Shown: piece by piece, positions 36,701 to 49,333 of the stretch | How the letters are laid out: every line of letters starts with the position of its first letter | Numbering within the stretch: position 1 is the stretch's first letter | Source: Phoronis australis | Lineage: Eukaryota > Animalia > Phoronida | Assembly (NCBI GenBank): GCA_002633005.1 | Contig: NMRA01000121.1 | Location: 408,434 to 472,433, forward strand | Length of the DNA stretch: 64,000 nucleotides | Direction of reading: 5' to 3' | Notes under the pieces: generated by a model | What the model saw: only the letters and a program-made list of their open reading frames with translations | Database searches by the model: none | What the model was told of the DNA's origin: nothing | Position numbers and translations under genes: made by a program

Positions 36701-39700
36701 CATATTGCCGTCATCTCTGTCTGGGCGTCCGGCATCCACGGCTGTATCTCTTAAACCCCTTGCAAGATCTTATTGAAATTTGGCAAGTGTGTTTGTATGG
36801 GGTTGACAACAGAGGGCGACGAGTTTCGAACCAATCTGAATACCATTGTGCCCCTAGTGGCAATTTTAGTTTTTTACGTTTGCCTCTGTATCTTCAAAGG
36901 TCGTCAACCGATTTTCGTAAAATGTGGCACATAGGAATCTACTAATGAGTTGACGCTATCCTATCGTTTTTGGGTGGATTCGAGGCATTTTGCGCCATCT
37001 AGTGGCCAATTTTTAATGTTTTCGAGTCGTTTTTTTGGCGTCCGCCCCTCTAACAACCAAACCACTTTAAGGATGATTGCAAAAATTGGCCTGTATGTTC
37101 TTACTATGAGAAAGACAGTTGACAATGATTTTCCGACGACTTTGATTATTGTGGCGCCTCCTAGTGGCAGTTTTGTTTGTTTTTGCGCCCATGGCTGTAT
37201 ATCCTAAACATTCTACAAATGCATTTATATAAAGTTGACAACAGACAACGACGACTTTCGGACAGATCAGTGTATCGGTGTGCCCCCTAGTGGCAGTTTT
37301 AGTTTTTTATGTTTACCTCTGTATCTTCAAAGTTCCTTAACGGATTTCCATAAAATTTGGCACATAGACATCTATTGGTGAGATGACGCTATCCTTTTGT
37401 TTTCGGATGGATTCGTAGTTTGCACCACCTAGTGGCCATTTTTGTTGTTTTCTAGTCTGTTTTTTGGCATCCGTCCCTCTGTCAACCAAACCACTCCAAG
37501 GATGATTGTGAAAGTTGGCATATATGTTCTTTCTATGAAGGGGACGGTTGACGATGATTTTCCGATGCCTTCAAGTACTGTGGCGTCTCCTAGTGGCAGT
37601 TTTGTTTTTTTGCACCCATACCTGTATCTCCTAAGCCCTCTGCAAGATCTTTATCAAATTTAGCATGAGTATTTATATGAAGTTAACAAGAAAAGACGAC
37701 GACTTTTAGACGGATCCGACAAACACTGTGCCCCCCTAGTGGCAATTTCATTTTTTTTTCGTTTTCCTCTGTTTCTCTGAAGTTCCTCGACGAATTTTAA
37801 TGAAATTTGGTAAATGGCTTTCTTTTGAAGAAACAACGACATTTTCTGGTTTTCAGACGGATTCGACGTATTTTACGCCATCTAGTGTCCATTTCGATGA
37901 TACAAACAAACAACCCTAAAAGCACACCATTTGCGATGCATTCATGGGCGCATTTCAATGCTCCGCGTTGCTCTTGTTATGAGCTTTTTGTCATTCATCA
38001 GATTTCAACGGTAGACTGCAACTCGCGCAAAAGAGTTCACTTGGTCTTCGAGGTTGGACCATATGATCAGACCAAGTTAACCCGGTATGGTGGCTTACTT
38101 GGTCAATAACACAGCCTTCATTCCAGTAATTCTTGAACCGGAGCATCCAATATAGCCTATTTCTAGAATTTGGGACAAGCTCCGCAATTGAGCAAAATAT
38201 TTATATTTTCACTGTCCCAAATTGGAGATTTTTTACTATACATCCATCAATATTTCGGACATGACTTTGTGTACGACTAGGAGTGAGTTAAAAGTCATAT
38301 ATGAAGACGTATAGGAAAATTGAGACTGTAGGCATTGGTCTGAAAGTTGTATCAATGCACAAAATCTGCAGCTGTAGACAGGGCTTTACTTGAATTAGTA
38401 CACGCATGTATTACTTTGTAACCAGATTTGTTGTATGGTTTTTGATGGACAGGAGGGAAGCCCTAGATCTGTTTCTTATCAACTAAAGTTGAAAGGAAGA
38501 TGGAGATAAAATAGCTCATTGTGATTTTCTTATTAATGAATTACTGTACTGAGTTTGTACTGCAAATAAGTCTGTACAATGTTGATGTGTCTTAATTTAA
38601 CTTGAAACAGATTAAATTAGAAGTACTTTTGCTTAGTCAACAACCATTAAAGCAACCATGAACCATGTTCTGCTGTCAAAAACACCTTTCATCACTGGCC
38701 TATTGACTTGTACGATGCAACATCATCGCGTTCTTATCCTTCGTTTGAAATGAAACTGGTTGCCATAAAATGTCTGGAATTCCCTCAAAGTCGACTTGAT
38801 TGGTGTGTTCTGAATCAACAACAAACTGTCAGTTCTCCTGTTTCCTAGAAATCTTCCCTAATCTGAGTGTTAAGGAACAGTATGAGGTAGTAAGTGGTCC
38901 AAATCAAAAGGTGTTTGGACCGTAGACTTGGGTTTTTATTCCTTTAACTGATTTTGTTTTAAAATTGTTAAAATGTCACAGTTGTCAACTTTTGTTATTA
39001 ATTTCTTATGCCAAAAAATAAATTTGCATTGAAAAAGTTACAAACCTTAATTGCCGCTTCAGGCACAGAAAAGAATTATTGAAGTATTAAATAACTAAAT
39101 GTTCTTTTATTTTCTGGTCAAATATGGCTTTATATAAACCCAATCATTGTTTCTATGATTTAGTGATTATAGAGTTTATTGTAACTTCAAACTATTCAAA
39201 CTTACAGAATTTGTTGCTGTTATTGTATGCCAGGTTTTTGTCATTTCCACTAACAGGTGAGGAATGGTTGGTCAAAAAGACTGGAGCTTACCTGCCCAGT
39301 GCTTATGAAGAGGTGGTCGATGTGGTCAATGCTTACGTGCTCACAGAAAAGGTGTGTTTACTAGGCATTTGGAAAGAGTTAATATAATAGGACATCTTCG
39401 TTACCAAAGGGTTGAATTTTGTATATAACTTTATAAAATATTAAAATACTTGCAAATCCTGTTTCATTATTTTCTTAGTTACAAAAGCATGTCCGGTGGG
39501 ATATGGCTTCGCTGGCAAAAACGACATCATTTTTAAGGAATGTTGATTTCTTTGTTTTTGCCAGCATATGTCTGGCTAAAAGGCCTTAAAAGAAAATCTC
39601 ACATAGGCTTTTGTAGCTAACAGCAAGTTTCATGCAAAAAATTGTAAGCACAATCATGTGATTATGAACATCTTCATCTAAGTGTCAGTTAAACCTCGTC

Positions 39701-42700
39701 AATGGACTGTTTAGACGCCATTGTCTCAATCACATTTTGAGCAACTGATCGAAAATTATTAAAAATTCAAAAAAAAAGAAAAACTGGATTTAGTAAAACT
39801 ATCTTCCTGTCATCTGCCAATGTTGTTAAACTGTAATTATCTCCCATGAAGCTGAGGATTAATTGGTAGTCAAGAACGGGGAAAGTACCCAACTCGCCGA
39901 TCGGCGCGTTTGGCAGTGATGGATAATTTGCCGAAAGACATGTGTGGCAGTGAAAAAGTTAATCTTGGTCATTGCATTTCCCTTTGTCATGCCTTGACTG
40001 TATGGTGAAATACACAGCCTCTTACATCTGTGTCATATATTTCAGTGGTATAAATTTTCTTTCCGTTGAAATGTTTCCAGAATGCACTTCACATGCGCTC
40101 TATGCGGACATTCAAAGATGACTTTGGCATTGTGCGCAAGAATGGAGAGGAGTGGCTAATACAGATGAGTGACACGGAGACGCACATTCCTGGTGTGTAC
40201 GAGGAAGTAGTGGGCGTGGTCCACATCACAACACTGAACAACCGACAGTATTGTGTGGTGTTGGACCCAGTGGACAGTGATGGTCGACCACAGATGGGCA
40301 AGAGGAAGTTAGTCAAGGTACAGGTCATGGGGGGTCAACTAGGTCAAATGTTGCTGAGGGGTTGACATATTGGTGGGGTCAATGAGGGTTTAGTTCTCAA
40401 CGTGACCGAAGGATCAACAAGTTGTGTCCTGCCGGAGAATGAAGAACCTTGTTGGTTTTGGTGTGTTTGGCAAGCTTAATAGCAGTTATCTGAGTTACAA
40501 TACTTAGCTTCAATCAGAGCCTATTGCAGTGTAGTTATCTAAAATGCATTTAGCGGATTTGGTTGTTATATTATTGCGCTTTAATTACTGGTAATCTGAA
40601 ATGATAACTATGTCATGTGATCAGATAAGTTAGAAGGCTGGAGTATAGTGTGGATCCCCATTTACTATAGGGGGAGAAATCTTTCTTTTTGATGCCCGGT
40701 GAGAAACTGGAGAAAGGAATCCAAGATGTCTACGTTCTCGGCGAGGAAGAAGGCCTCATTTTGCGAGCCAATGAAATGTTCCACGATGACGAGGCAGACG
40801 AGGATCGTAATCCAGGTGATCGCTGGATGATCCGCGGGCCTAAAGAGTACGTGCCCTCTGTAGAGGTGGAAGTGGTGACCAAGAGAAAAGCTATACCTCT
40901 GGATGAAAACGAGGGAATCTACGTCCGTGATATAAAAAGTGGCAAGGTATGGCATTTTGCATCAGTCATGAGTGAAATATACTATGGAGCTTTGGGTAAT
41001 TTTTAAATGGAACTGCATGAATTACCAATGTGGGGCAAGATGAACGAGAAATAGCTTAGATACACTGGAAATTTTGGTTGATCAAAATTGACCACAGATT
41101 TTTATATGGATTCATATCATATCTATGAGTTCACAAGAGTGATCGATAAGAATTTATATTATTATTAATTTAACCGTTCAAATAAATTTTAATCCAAGGT
41201 TTATTTATTAGCCGTGATAATTTAGCATCTGATTTCTTATCACTGAGGAATGATAAATGATTAAAAGACGGTTTTCAGTGAATGATGAGAGATGATCATT
41301 ATTATCAGCCTTATGTGATCTCGTATAAACCAAAATGGAGTGGTTTTCTAGATGTACATGACAATTAAACATAAAGCAAAGTTTCTTTGCACATCACATG
41401 TGCCAATACTTCACAATATCATTTATAACAAGTTAGTGTTCTTCCTCTTGCTATGAAAATCTCACCATCACTGTTTATCTCGTATTATTTAGTGCCTTGA
41501 GGCAGTTTGTGAAAAATTCAGTGAGATGAGTTAAAACTTTAGTCTAAATAAATGTAGTAGAACTTTAACTTTTTATACAGGTGCGGGCCATCACAGGTGT
41601 AACTTACATGTTAAACCAAGATGAGGAGCTGTGGTCCAAGGTTCTGCCCCCTGCTGTTGAAGCACTCCTGCTGGGTGGGAAGGACCCCCTGAGTGATCGC
41701 GGCGAGAGAGGTGTGTCTGTGGACAAGGGAAAAACACGAGACAAAACTCGGGTGGTCACATTCCGTGTTCCTCACAATGCTGCTGTGCAGATATATGATT
41801 ATAAGGAGAAGAAAGCAAGGTAAGAATTCCAGTTCAGTGAATTCTAGACTTACCTTTAACGATCAGTTTTCTTTCTGAATGTGTAAATTGTGAATTGATG
41901 TAGGATTAAATTTCTGGACTTTGTATGGAAAATTTGTGCGAGCGTCTTGTGCTTGAATTTGTATTTTTTCTTGTATTTTTGCAACATACTTATTCAATCT
42001 ATTCTTGCAGGCGTATAAGGTATGATGCATGATTGTGCCATGTACTAAGGGAAGCAATTTTGCAGATTTAAATATTATTATGTTTTGATTGCAATGATGA
42101 TAAGTTGCAAGACTTGCTGGTGCACATCCACATCTGCTTGCAGTTTTGTCAATAAAATCTGATGATTAAGTTCTACTTTTTTGCATGTTAGGTTGATTCT
42201 TTATGAGTTACACCAGTTTTGCATGCAAACATGATGCTTGTTTCGTCTCACTTAGTTTGACCTCTCTTGGGTGAGTTGTGTGTGACCTTGAGCATGTGGT
42301 GCTTGGTTCTGATGAACAGTTCATTCAGCTCAATATTCTTGCATTCACTCCATTGTATTCTTTGGGGGTGTTGTGGTTAGTCCTGAATCTATGATCCACT
42401 GTCTTAGAAAGCAGTTCACTCAGCTAACCCAGTGTTGATTGTGATAATCTACTGAGCTCACCGCTGTTGACTGTCGCAGGGTTGTGTTTGGCCCCGAACT
42501 TGTCATGCTGGGCCCTGACGAACAGTTCACTCAACTCAGTCTGTCTGGTGGTAAGCCCAAGAAGCCCAACGTCATCAAGCACCTGTGCCTGTTGCTGGGA
42601 CCTGACTTCTGCACCGACATCATCGTCGTGGAAACGGCCGATCATGCTCGTCTGTCTCTGCAGTTGTCCTACAACTGGTAAGTGCATGCCAGTGACAGAC

Positions 42701-45700
42701 GATGAAATTTTGTATTCAGCTCAAGTACATTTCAGTTCATCAAAGGGGCAGTTACAAGGTGACGTTCATACCTCTGGAGAGGTATTTCCCAGACCTCTCC
42801 CGGACGTCATGTGGGTAGGCAAACAGATGGTACGGGGGTGGCTCGGGGATGACTTTACAACTGTCCCTTTTGTCATCTGGTGTGGTTTTGTATAGTAGAT
42901 TGATATATTGATCTGTTTGTAATTTGTGTAACTTGTGATGATGTTCTAAAGTAGGTTGGACAGTAGTGAAGATACCCACGGCAGGTATACATCGGCTATC
43001 TGCTCTGGTCCCCTTCTAGCTGGACTGAATATTTGTGAACTGTTTTGTGGCTACATAGTTATTGCTCTTAATCTTCAAGTCGTGTGTAGCACTTCAGTAT
43101 GCTCCTTTCAACCAAAAGATGGCTGGTTCTCATCCCAGCGAAGCACACTGCACCAAATGGTGGAGGTCTTATTGACATCACCTACTTGACTTTCAGGCAC
43201 TTTGACGTCAAGGACAAGTCCGATGAAAAGGAGGCTGCCAAGATCTTCAGCGTCCCAGATTTTGTTGGTGATGCCTGTAAAGCCATCGCTTCAAGAGTTC
43301 GTGGTGCCGTGGCAAGCGTACAGTTTGACGACTTTCATAAGGTACTTTCTATGTCACTCTATACAAGATATTCTGAACACAGATTCAATTGTTAACTTAC
43401 CAACTAATATAACTGTCTTGAGTTTGCTTGACCTGATAACATATTAATTGTCTCGCGTGAGTTTTCTCATGAATTCTTCTTATGTCTTGGTAGAATTCTG
43501 CCAAGATCATTCGCTCCTCCGTGTTCGGCTTTGATGAGAGCAAGAAGGTCCGCGACAGGTTTGTGTTCCCACAGAACAGCCTCGTTATCACCAGCATCGA
43601 TATCCAATCAGTGGAGCCTGTGGACCAGAGGACTCGCGATGCTCTCATGAAGTCTGTTCAGCTAGCTATTGAAATTACAACCAACTCTCAGGAGGCTGCT
43701 GCTAGGTTAGTTAAAGATTAAACTAATAGTCTCTTCTGGTTGTTTCCGGATGATGTTGGATTTCAGGGTCTATTTTGTATATTGTACTTGGTGTATTCTC
43801 TTGTGCTGTACAAAGGGACATAATATGACTAGATACAACAGCTTATGGTCATGCAATGTCTTTGTGATGATGTCATGACCAGAGACAGAGAGATAAGAAT
43901 GAAATGTTTGGCAATAAAAATGTCCACAACATGGGAACCCAATCAACGGAGTGCGAGCAAAACATGATAATTCTCTTTGACTGACGTTGATACCAGCACT
44001 TTCATCTGTTATCGTTTTCCAGACATGAGGCTGAACGTCTGGAGCAGGAGGCCAAAGGTCGACTGGAGCGTCAAAAGATCTCTGACGAAGCAGAGGCAGA
44101 GAGGGCCAGACGAGAGTTGTTGGAACTGCAGGCACACAGTGCTGCTGTAGAGAGCACAGGTACATAACCTCCACCTGTGACCAACAAGTACAGGATGGCT
44201 AGTAGAACACCATCTCAACCTGTGGGCAATAGATATAGGGTGTCCAGTAGGACATCACCTCAACCTGTGACCAATAGGAACAGGAGTTCCAATAAAATAT
44301 CACCTAGACCTCTGACCAATAGGTACAGGAGGGCTAGTAGATTATCACCTCAACCTGTGACTAATAGTTATAGTATGTCCAGTCAAACATCACCTCCACC
44401 TATTACCAGTAGGTACAGAGTGCCTATCAGAACATCACCTCCACCTATTACCAGTAGGTACAGAGTGCCTATCAGAACATCACCTCCACCTATTACCAGT
44501 AGGTACAGAGTGCCTGTCAGAACATCACCTCCACCTATTACCAGTAGGTACAGAGTGCCTATCAGAACATCACCTCCACCTATTACCAGTAGGTACAGAG
44601 TGCCTATCAGAACATCACCTCCACCTATTACCAGTAGGTACAGAGTGCCTATCAGAACATCACCTCCACCTATGGAATAGCTTCATTTTAAAGTTGTCCG
44701 TTCTAGATTGCCTTGATGTATGGACACCACTACACACCAGTTGACTTGTTTGGATAGTTCTTCACCGCTCTATTGCTGAGTGTTTTGGAACAATGGTGCA
44801 ATTCTACATTAACTATACAAAGTTCATACAGTTGTTGTCTATTCCCGATTCTTCGGTGAACTCAAGTGCACGATTTTTTCAGGTTTTACTACGACTGCTA
44901 CAATGTTATTTCCGTTACTTATTATTACAGGTCAAGCTAAGGCGGAGGCTCAGTCACGTGCTGAAGCCAACAGAATTGAAGGTGAGGCTGCCGTGGAACA
45001 GGCCAAGTTGAAGGCACAGGCAATGAAGATTGAAGCGGTAAGTGTAGTCAGTTGATGACCAACGTCCAGATTTAGACGTGGATGGTCATAAGGTGTTACT
45101 CCTTCACGTTGTATGGCAAGATGACGGAGTTAAAGTGGCTATGAACCTGTGACAAAACCAAGTTTTGATTTAGACCACTGACCATTATGAAGTTGGTTCC
45201 TTAGTCAAAATGGATGTGATATCTGGGCTTGAAAAGAACTGACACTTTGTTATTGGTTGAGACCGTCGTCTGCAAGTTGATTTGTAATGGCGTGTCAGTT
45301 TGTTTTTGGTTGACACCGTCGTCTGCAAGACGAGTTGTAATGGTGTGTCATTTTGTTTGCTGAACTGGTCTTGAGCAGACCAAAGAATATAAGTTGAGAC
45401 CAACGTTGCAGTGGTGAGTGGTATCAATGAAAAGTTAGCTTCCCGGAATGTGTGTTTATATTCAGTAGAAGATAGTCACTTACTTAGAGACGGTTCAGGT
45501 TTGACACAGACGTTTCGGCCTTGTCCGCCAGGCCTTTTTCGATGAATGAGGGGTTTCCCACCTTTCGCTGATTAAGAATATTCGAATACACGGGAAGTAA
45601 GTGTAGACCTTGGTCCCGGTTCAAGAGAGGGCGCTGTGTGCTGATATTTATGGATTCTTTTAACTAGCGAGCATACCAATTCTGTTCTTTGGCTAAGATC

Positions 45701-47569
45701 TTGGATGATTCAAGGGAGATTGAATGTACACTTGTCAATATGTGTTCCTCCACAGCTGTGGGTCTGTCTAATTTCTGTTGTTCTTTGAATCTGGTTAGGA
45801 ACAGTCTCTTGTTTACATTCACTGTAATTCAATATACAGCTTTATTCATAGGATTTTTTGACCAAGCAGGATGAGTCCTGCTTGTCGATACAGACTTTTG
45901 CCTGAATGAATGAAATTGAAGTGATTGTCTTGTTTTTTACTTTGTCACACCATTGATCCTTAAAGCTCTGCTGTAGTGAATAGCTTGAGGAAATGTTTAG
46001 TAGTGATTTAGTTTCATTTTTAACAATTTCCTGCAGCTTGGTGTATGGCCACGCTAATCAAAATTCATATATGTGCCATTGGGCTCTTATCTAAACCTTG
46101 CCATTCATGTACAGAATTTTACATTTTACTTATGATTCAATTCCTTTTTTTGATGATTCAAACCTTGTTTAGATGAGATTGACGGGTTATTGCAGGCAAC
46201 AGATACCCAAAATTAGCATTTATATTTTTACCCAGTTGTTGGAAATTGCTGGTGGAAGTTCCTGACATGTGAACCAATACAAGCACATTGTTATATTATG
46301 AAACGTGGCTGTCAAGTCTTCAAGTTGCAACAATTGTCCTCCTTGATGGAATTTTAATGATATTGCCAATTTCATTCCTTAGATGCACAGCAGTTTGAAA
46401 GCATGCATTTACAGGCCAGTGTTGATTGATGAAGTTTGGTCAGTGCTGAACTTGGTTATGCTCAGAGCATGTTGCTTAGTCTCTACAGACAACCTTGATT
46501 GAATTACACTGTCGACTTACCTTACAGGAGTCTGAACTCGAACGCTTGACAAGTGCTAGGGAGGCGGAGAACAAGTTCATCCGTGAACAGAACGATCTCG
46601 AAATCTCAAAAGCATCAGAGATTGCCAACATTGAGACGACCAAGTTTAACAAGATGGTGGACGCCATCGGAGCTGACACCATTCGAGCCATTGCTACTGC
46701 TGGCCCTGAGATGCAGGTGGGTTATTTTTTTACTGCACTTTCAATGCGGATATCCTTACAAGTTCATCAAGCTGTCTTCCACGAGGACCCTCAATGCATT
46801 CATTACATTTCACTTAATCAAAATGAGACCGATGGTGTCAAGGCAAAATACAAACTCAGTTTGCCAGCCAACACACGATTTGAACTCAATCATCACAAGT
46901 GGGTGCCTGCTGTCCAAGTCACTATTTCTAATGCAACACTTTGAGTGGTAGAGAAATTTAACACATTCACATCATATTCACTCAATTTCACACACTCAAG
47001 TTGGAACGTGATGTGGCAAGAGCCAGGTGAAATAACCAACTTCCAACGGCCTAAAACATGCCTCGTCTGTGACTGATTTTGGCATTTAAACGCGGGTCTG
47101 TTTCATGAAAAGTGACTTAAGATTGCAATTTGTTCCACCCAAGGAAAAGTTCAAAGTCTCTGAAACTGCTAGTTACTGAAAACGTTTTTGTTAACTATTT
47201 TTAGACTGTGATGCACTCATAATTACTTGGCCAAATCTGTTTGCAGCAATTGTGAAGGAGATATGAAAGACCAAACATCCTTCTTAAGTCATGAAACAGA
47301 CACCATATTGCAAAATGTTTAGTCATTTCCCACTCTGTTTTTGTCCCATTTTTGAGACCGTCTTTAGCAATGCCTTAGTGAAGCTGGGATCTAACTTTCC
47401 TCATTCATTCCAGGTTAAACTCCTCAAGTCTCTTGGTCTACAGTCCACTCTCATCACTGACGGCAACTCCCCTATCAATCTATTCAATACAGCCAATGGG
47501 TTAGTGGGTGGAATTAGCATGTCTGCGCCACGTCCCCTCCCTTCTCAGCCCCACGAGGACGAAGAGTAA
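33652..47569 (+). CDS. MVP: Major vault protein; 15 coding exons, 860 aa
   Basis: Exons: 33652-33791, 34170-34365, 35021-35144, 36123-36254, 39257-39351, 40081-40317, 40671-40946, 41581-41819, 42480-42677, 43197-43341, 43494-43705, 44023-44159, 44931-45037, 46528-46716, 47414-47569. 2583 nt, all GT-AG and in phase. Hallmark sequences [83 protein letters not shown]. Confidence 0.98.
34170..34365 (+). CDS. MVP: MVP coding exon 2
   Basis: [17 protein letters not shown]...[12 protein letters not shown]. Confidence 0.96.
35021..35144 (+). CDS. MVP: MVP coding exon 3
   Basis: AVAPLKVV...[10 protein letters not shown]. Confidence 0.96.
36123..36254 (+). CDS. MVP: MVP coding exon 4
   Basis: GTYIPRKEV...[18 protein letters not shown]. 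Confidence 0.96.
36668..37978 (+). mobile_element. Helentron/HINE-like element, second copy, in the MVP intron after coding exon 4
   Basis: Same 5' end (TTTTATGTGCCCACAT...GCCGTCATCTCTGTCTG), 8 internal units, 3' end GCATTTCAATGCTCCGCGTTGCTCTTGTT. Confidence 0.65.
39257..39351 (+). CDS. MVP: MVP coding exon 5
   Basis: [32 protein letters not shown]. Confidence 0.96.
40081..40317 (+). CDS. MVP: MVP coding exon 6
   Basis: [16 protein letters not shown]...GKRKLVK. Confidence 0.96.
40671..40946 (+). CDS. MVP: MVP coding exon 7
   Basis: [11 protein letters not shown]...[19 protein letters not shown]. Confidence 0.96.
41581..41819 (+). CDS. MVP: MVP coding exon 8
   Basis: [11 protein letters not shown]...[18 protein letters not shown]. 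Confidence 0.96.
42480..42677 (+). CDS. MVP: MVP coding exon 9
   Basis: [17 protein letters not shown]...[15 protein letters not shown]. Confidence 0.96.
43197..43341 (+). CDS. MVP: MVP coding exon 10 (shoulder domain)
   Basis: HFDVKDK...[32 protein letters not shown]. Confidence 0.96.
43494..43705 (+). CDS. MVP: MVP coding exon 11
   Basis: [13 protein letters not shown]...[16 protein letters not shown]. Confidence 0.96.
44023..44159 (+). CDS. MVP: MVP coding exon 12 (cap helix)
   Basis: [19 protein letters not shown]...AAVEST. Confidence 0.95.
44162..44673 (+). repeat. 45 bp minisatellite (~11 units) at the start of the MVP intron after coding exon 12
   Basis: Unit ACATCACCTCCACCTATTACCAGTAGGTACAGAGTGCCTATCAGA; the last ~6 units are nearly identical. 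Confidence 0.95.
44931..45037 (+). CDS. MVP: MVP coding exon 13
   Basis: [36 protein letters not shown]. Confidence 0.95.
46528..46716 (+). CDS. MVP: MVP coding exon 14
   Basis: ESELERL...[18 protein letters not shown]. Confidence 0.96.
47414..47569 (+). CDS. MVP: MVP coding exon 15 (terminal)
   Basis: [32 protein letters not shown]...EDEE*. Confidence 0.96.
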   Translation, partial: VKLLKSLGLQSTLITDGNSPINLFNTANGLVGGISMSAPRPLPSQPHEDEE

Positions 47570-48134
47570 CAGACCAATCGGAGAGCTGTCTTGTCTCAAG
47601 AAGCATCTGGTTAGGTAATGATGGCAGCTCTTAGCAGTTGGTACTCGATTGTTTGTGAAATGTTTACATTTTATCTGATTTTTAGACGTTTGGTAAGCAG
47701 TTTATTGAATATACACAATGCTAAATAACGCATTATGTTAGCCACGAACAATTTTGTTTAAGTTAACCTTTCATAGTCAAATATTTATTAGTTTGTTTAG
47801 TTGTCACTTGTATTGTCGCCACAATCCAGTCTAGGATAATGGAGATAGTGAAGATGAATACATTGCTGACAATGACCATAGTTATTTTATTACTCAAGTA
47901 TCATGTAACCAAGATTTTCTGTATGTGATTTTTCATATAAATATAGTTATATTACGCCTGTGATAGAGATTGTTTCATTTCTAGTGATAAACAGTTTCTT
48001 TGTACCCTGTTTACTTCATTATTTTTAAGTGTCATTATGTTTCAGTTGTTATTGCATGTTATCACAAGTGTTTGTGCAGCTCTAACTCTGTGATTGACAC
48101 CTGTCATTCCTGTGTTAAAATTTTCAAGTAACCC

Positions 48135-48140
48135 AATAAA
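48135..48140 (+). terminator. Probable MVP polyadenylation signal
   Basis: AATAAA about 570 nt after the MVP stop, in an AT-rich 3' region. Confidence 0.5.
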
Positions 48141-49228
48141 GAATTTAATGGAAAGTAACCTGCAATTCTGCGGCATGCTTCGTTCTGCAGCTCGTGGCAT
48201 TTTATCTATATGGTGTGCACTCCATTTATGCCCATAGGAGTACACTAGCCTGCTTACATAGTAAATGGGTTGCACTCATATTCTGGAATGGAAGATTTCG
48301 ATATCTCTCCTGCTTCAAATCTTGCATACTAATTCACAGTATACATAAAAAGTGTGACGCTGGTTTCGATTGATTGGTTGAATTTACTTTGGCACCACAA
48401 GTGTAAAATGCATAAGAATGAAGGCATGTGAAGTTAGAGAACACAATCAAAAAGCAAGAGATGATAGATTAAATGGCACAAACAATGATAAACAATCTTG
48501 AGTTGTTAAAAATGTGTTCAGCAGGGACTGAGACATTGATCATTTCAAATTCCCTACAACTGCCATTTGCTGGGGTTAGATTTGAAATGTAATCAATGAT
48601 TTTATGTTGAGCTGTTTTGGAAGCAGCACTGGTCTATCAGTACCATGCAGTGGCAACATCCTTTTTCTTCGTTGATAATTCAAGAAAAGTCTGAAGTCTG
48701 GGCTCTCAGTCACGTGATATGCTAGGGTGGTTTTTGCGCTGTAGCTTATAACCTTGGTCACGGGCACATGTCTCTATCTAAAAAATACTAATCGCCTTCT
48801 AGTCAACCACTTTTTGGTCACATTTTTGAATAGATAATCAGACGTAATAACCTTTTGGTGCCAGTGGGCCAATTGAAGAGGCGAGAAAATACAGTGTTCC
48901 GATTTTCTAGTGATTTCCCGTCTTTTAAAACCAGTCGTGTTGAGTGGGAGAGTGTAAATCAACAAGACACGAAAATATATTTTGTCATGGATATTTATTT
49001 TCGGTTCAATTTCACAAAACAAGCAACCGTATACATGAAGCCAAGTACACTAGGCTTCGCAAGGCATGGCGATGCATGTTGCGGTATCTTCATCTGCACA
49101 GCCAGAAGACAACTGAAGGCCCTAGCCAGGTAGCTTTACAGATGCAACCGAACGGGTGGTGCGTGAGTATTAATGAATAGAAACTCACTTAAACTATAAA
49201 AATAAATCGTGCATGTACGTGCACAAAA

Positions 49229-49333
49229 CTAAGAAATAAACGTCTGCCTGTAACGCGACGCGTAGTTCAACTCGACCTTTCCGTGTTCACTGTTTTTGCC
49301 GTGGCGTGGCGGCGTGATCTTAATGTAAGACGT
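49229..49333 (-). CDS. Fusion gene terminal exon
   Basis: Polypyrimidine acceptor, then TSYIKITPPRHGKNSEHGKVELNYASRYRQTFIS*. Confidence 0.7.
   Translation of the reverse strand, partial: TSYIKITPPRHGKNSEHGKVELNYASRYRQTFIS

Noticed and set aside
44162-44673. Regular repeat as a CRISPR array or a standalone protein gene
   Set aside because: No unique spacers, eukaryotic intron context, and no cas genes; it is a minisatellite.
45615-45640. GGTTCAAGAGAGGGCGCT resembling the vault RNA 3' box
   Set aside because: No matching A box, terminal stem or nearby oligo-T terminator seen.
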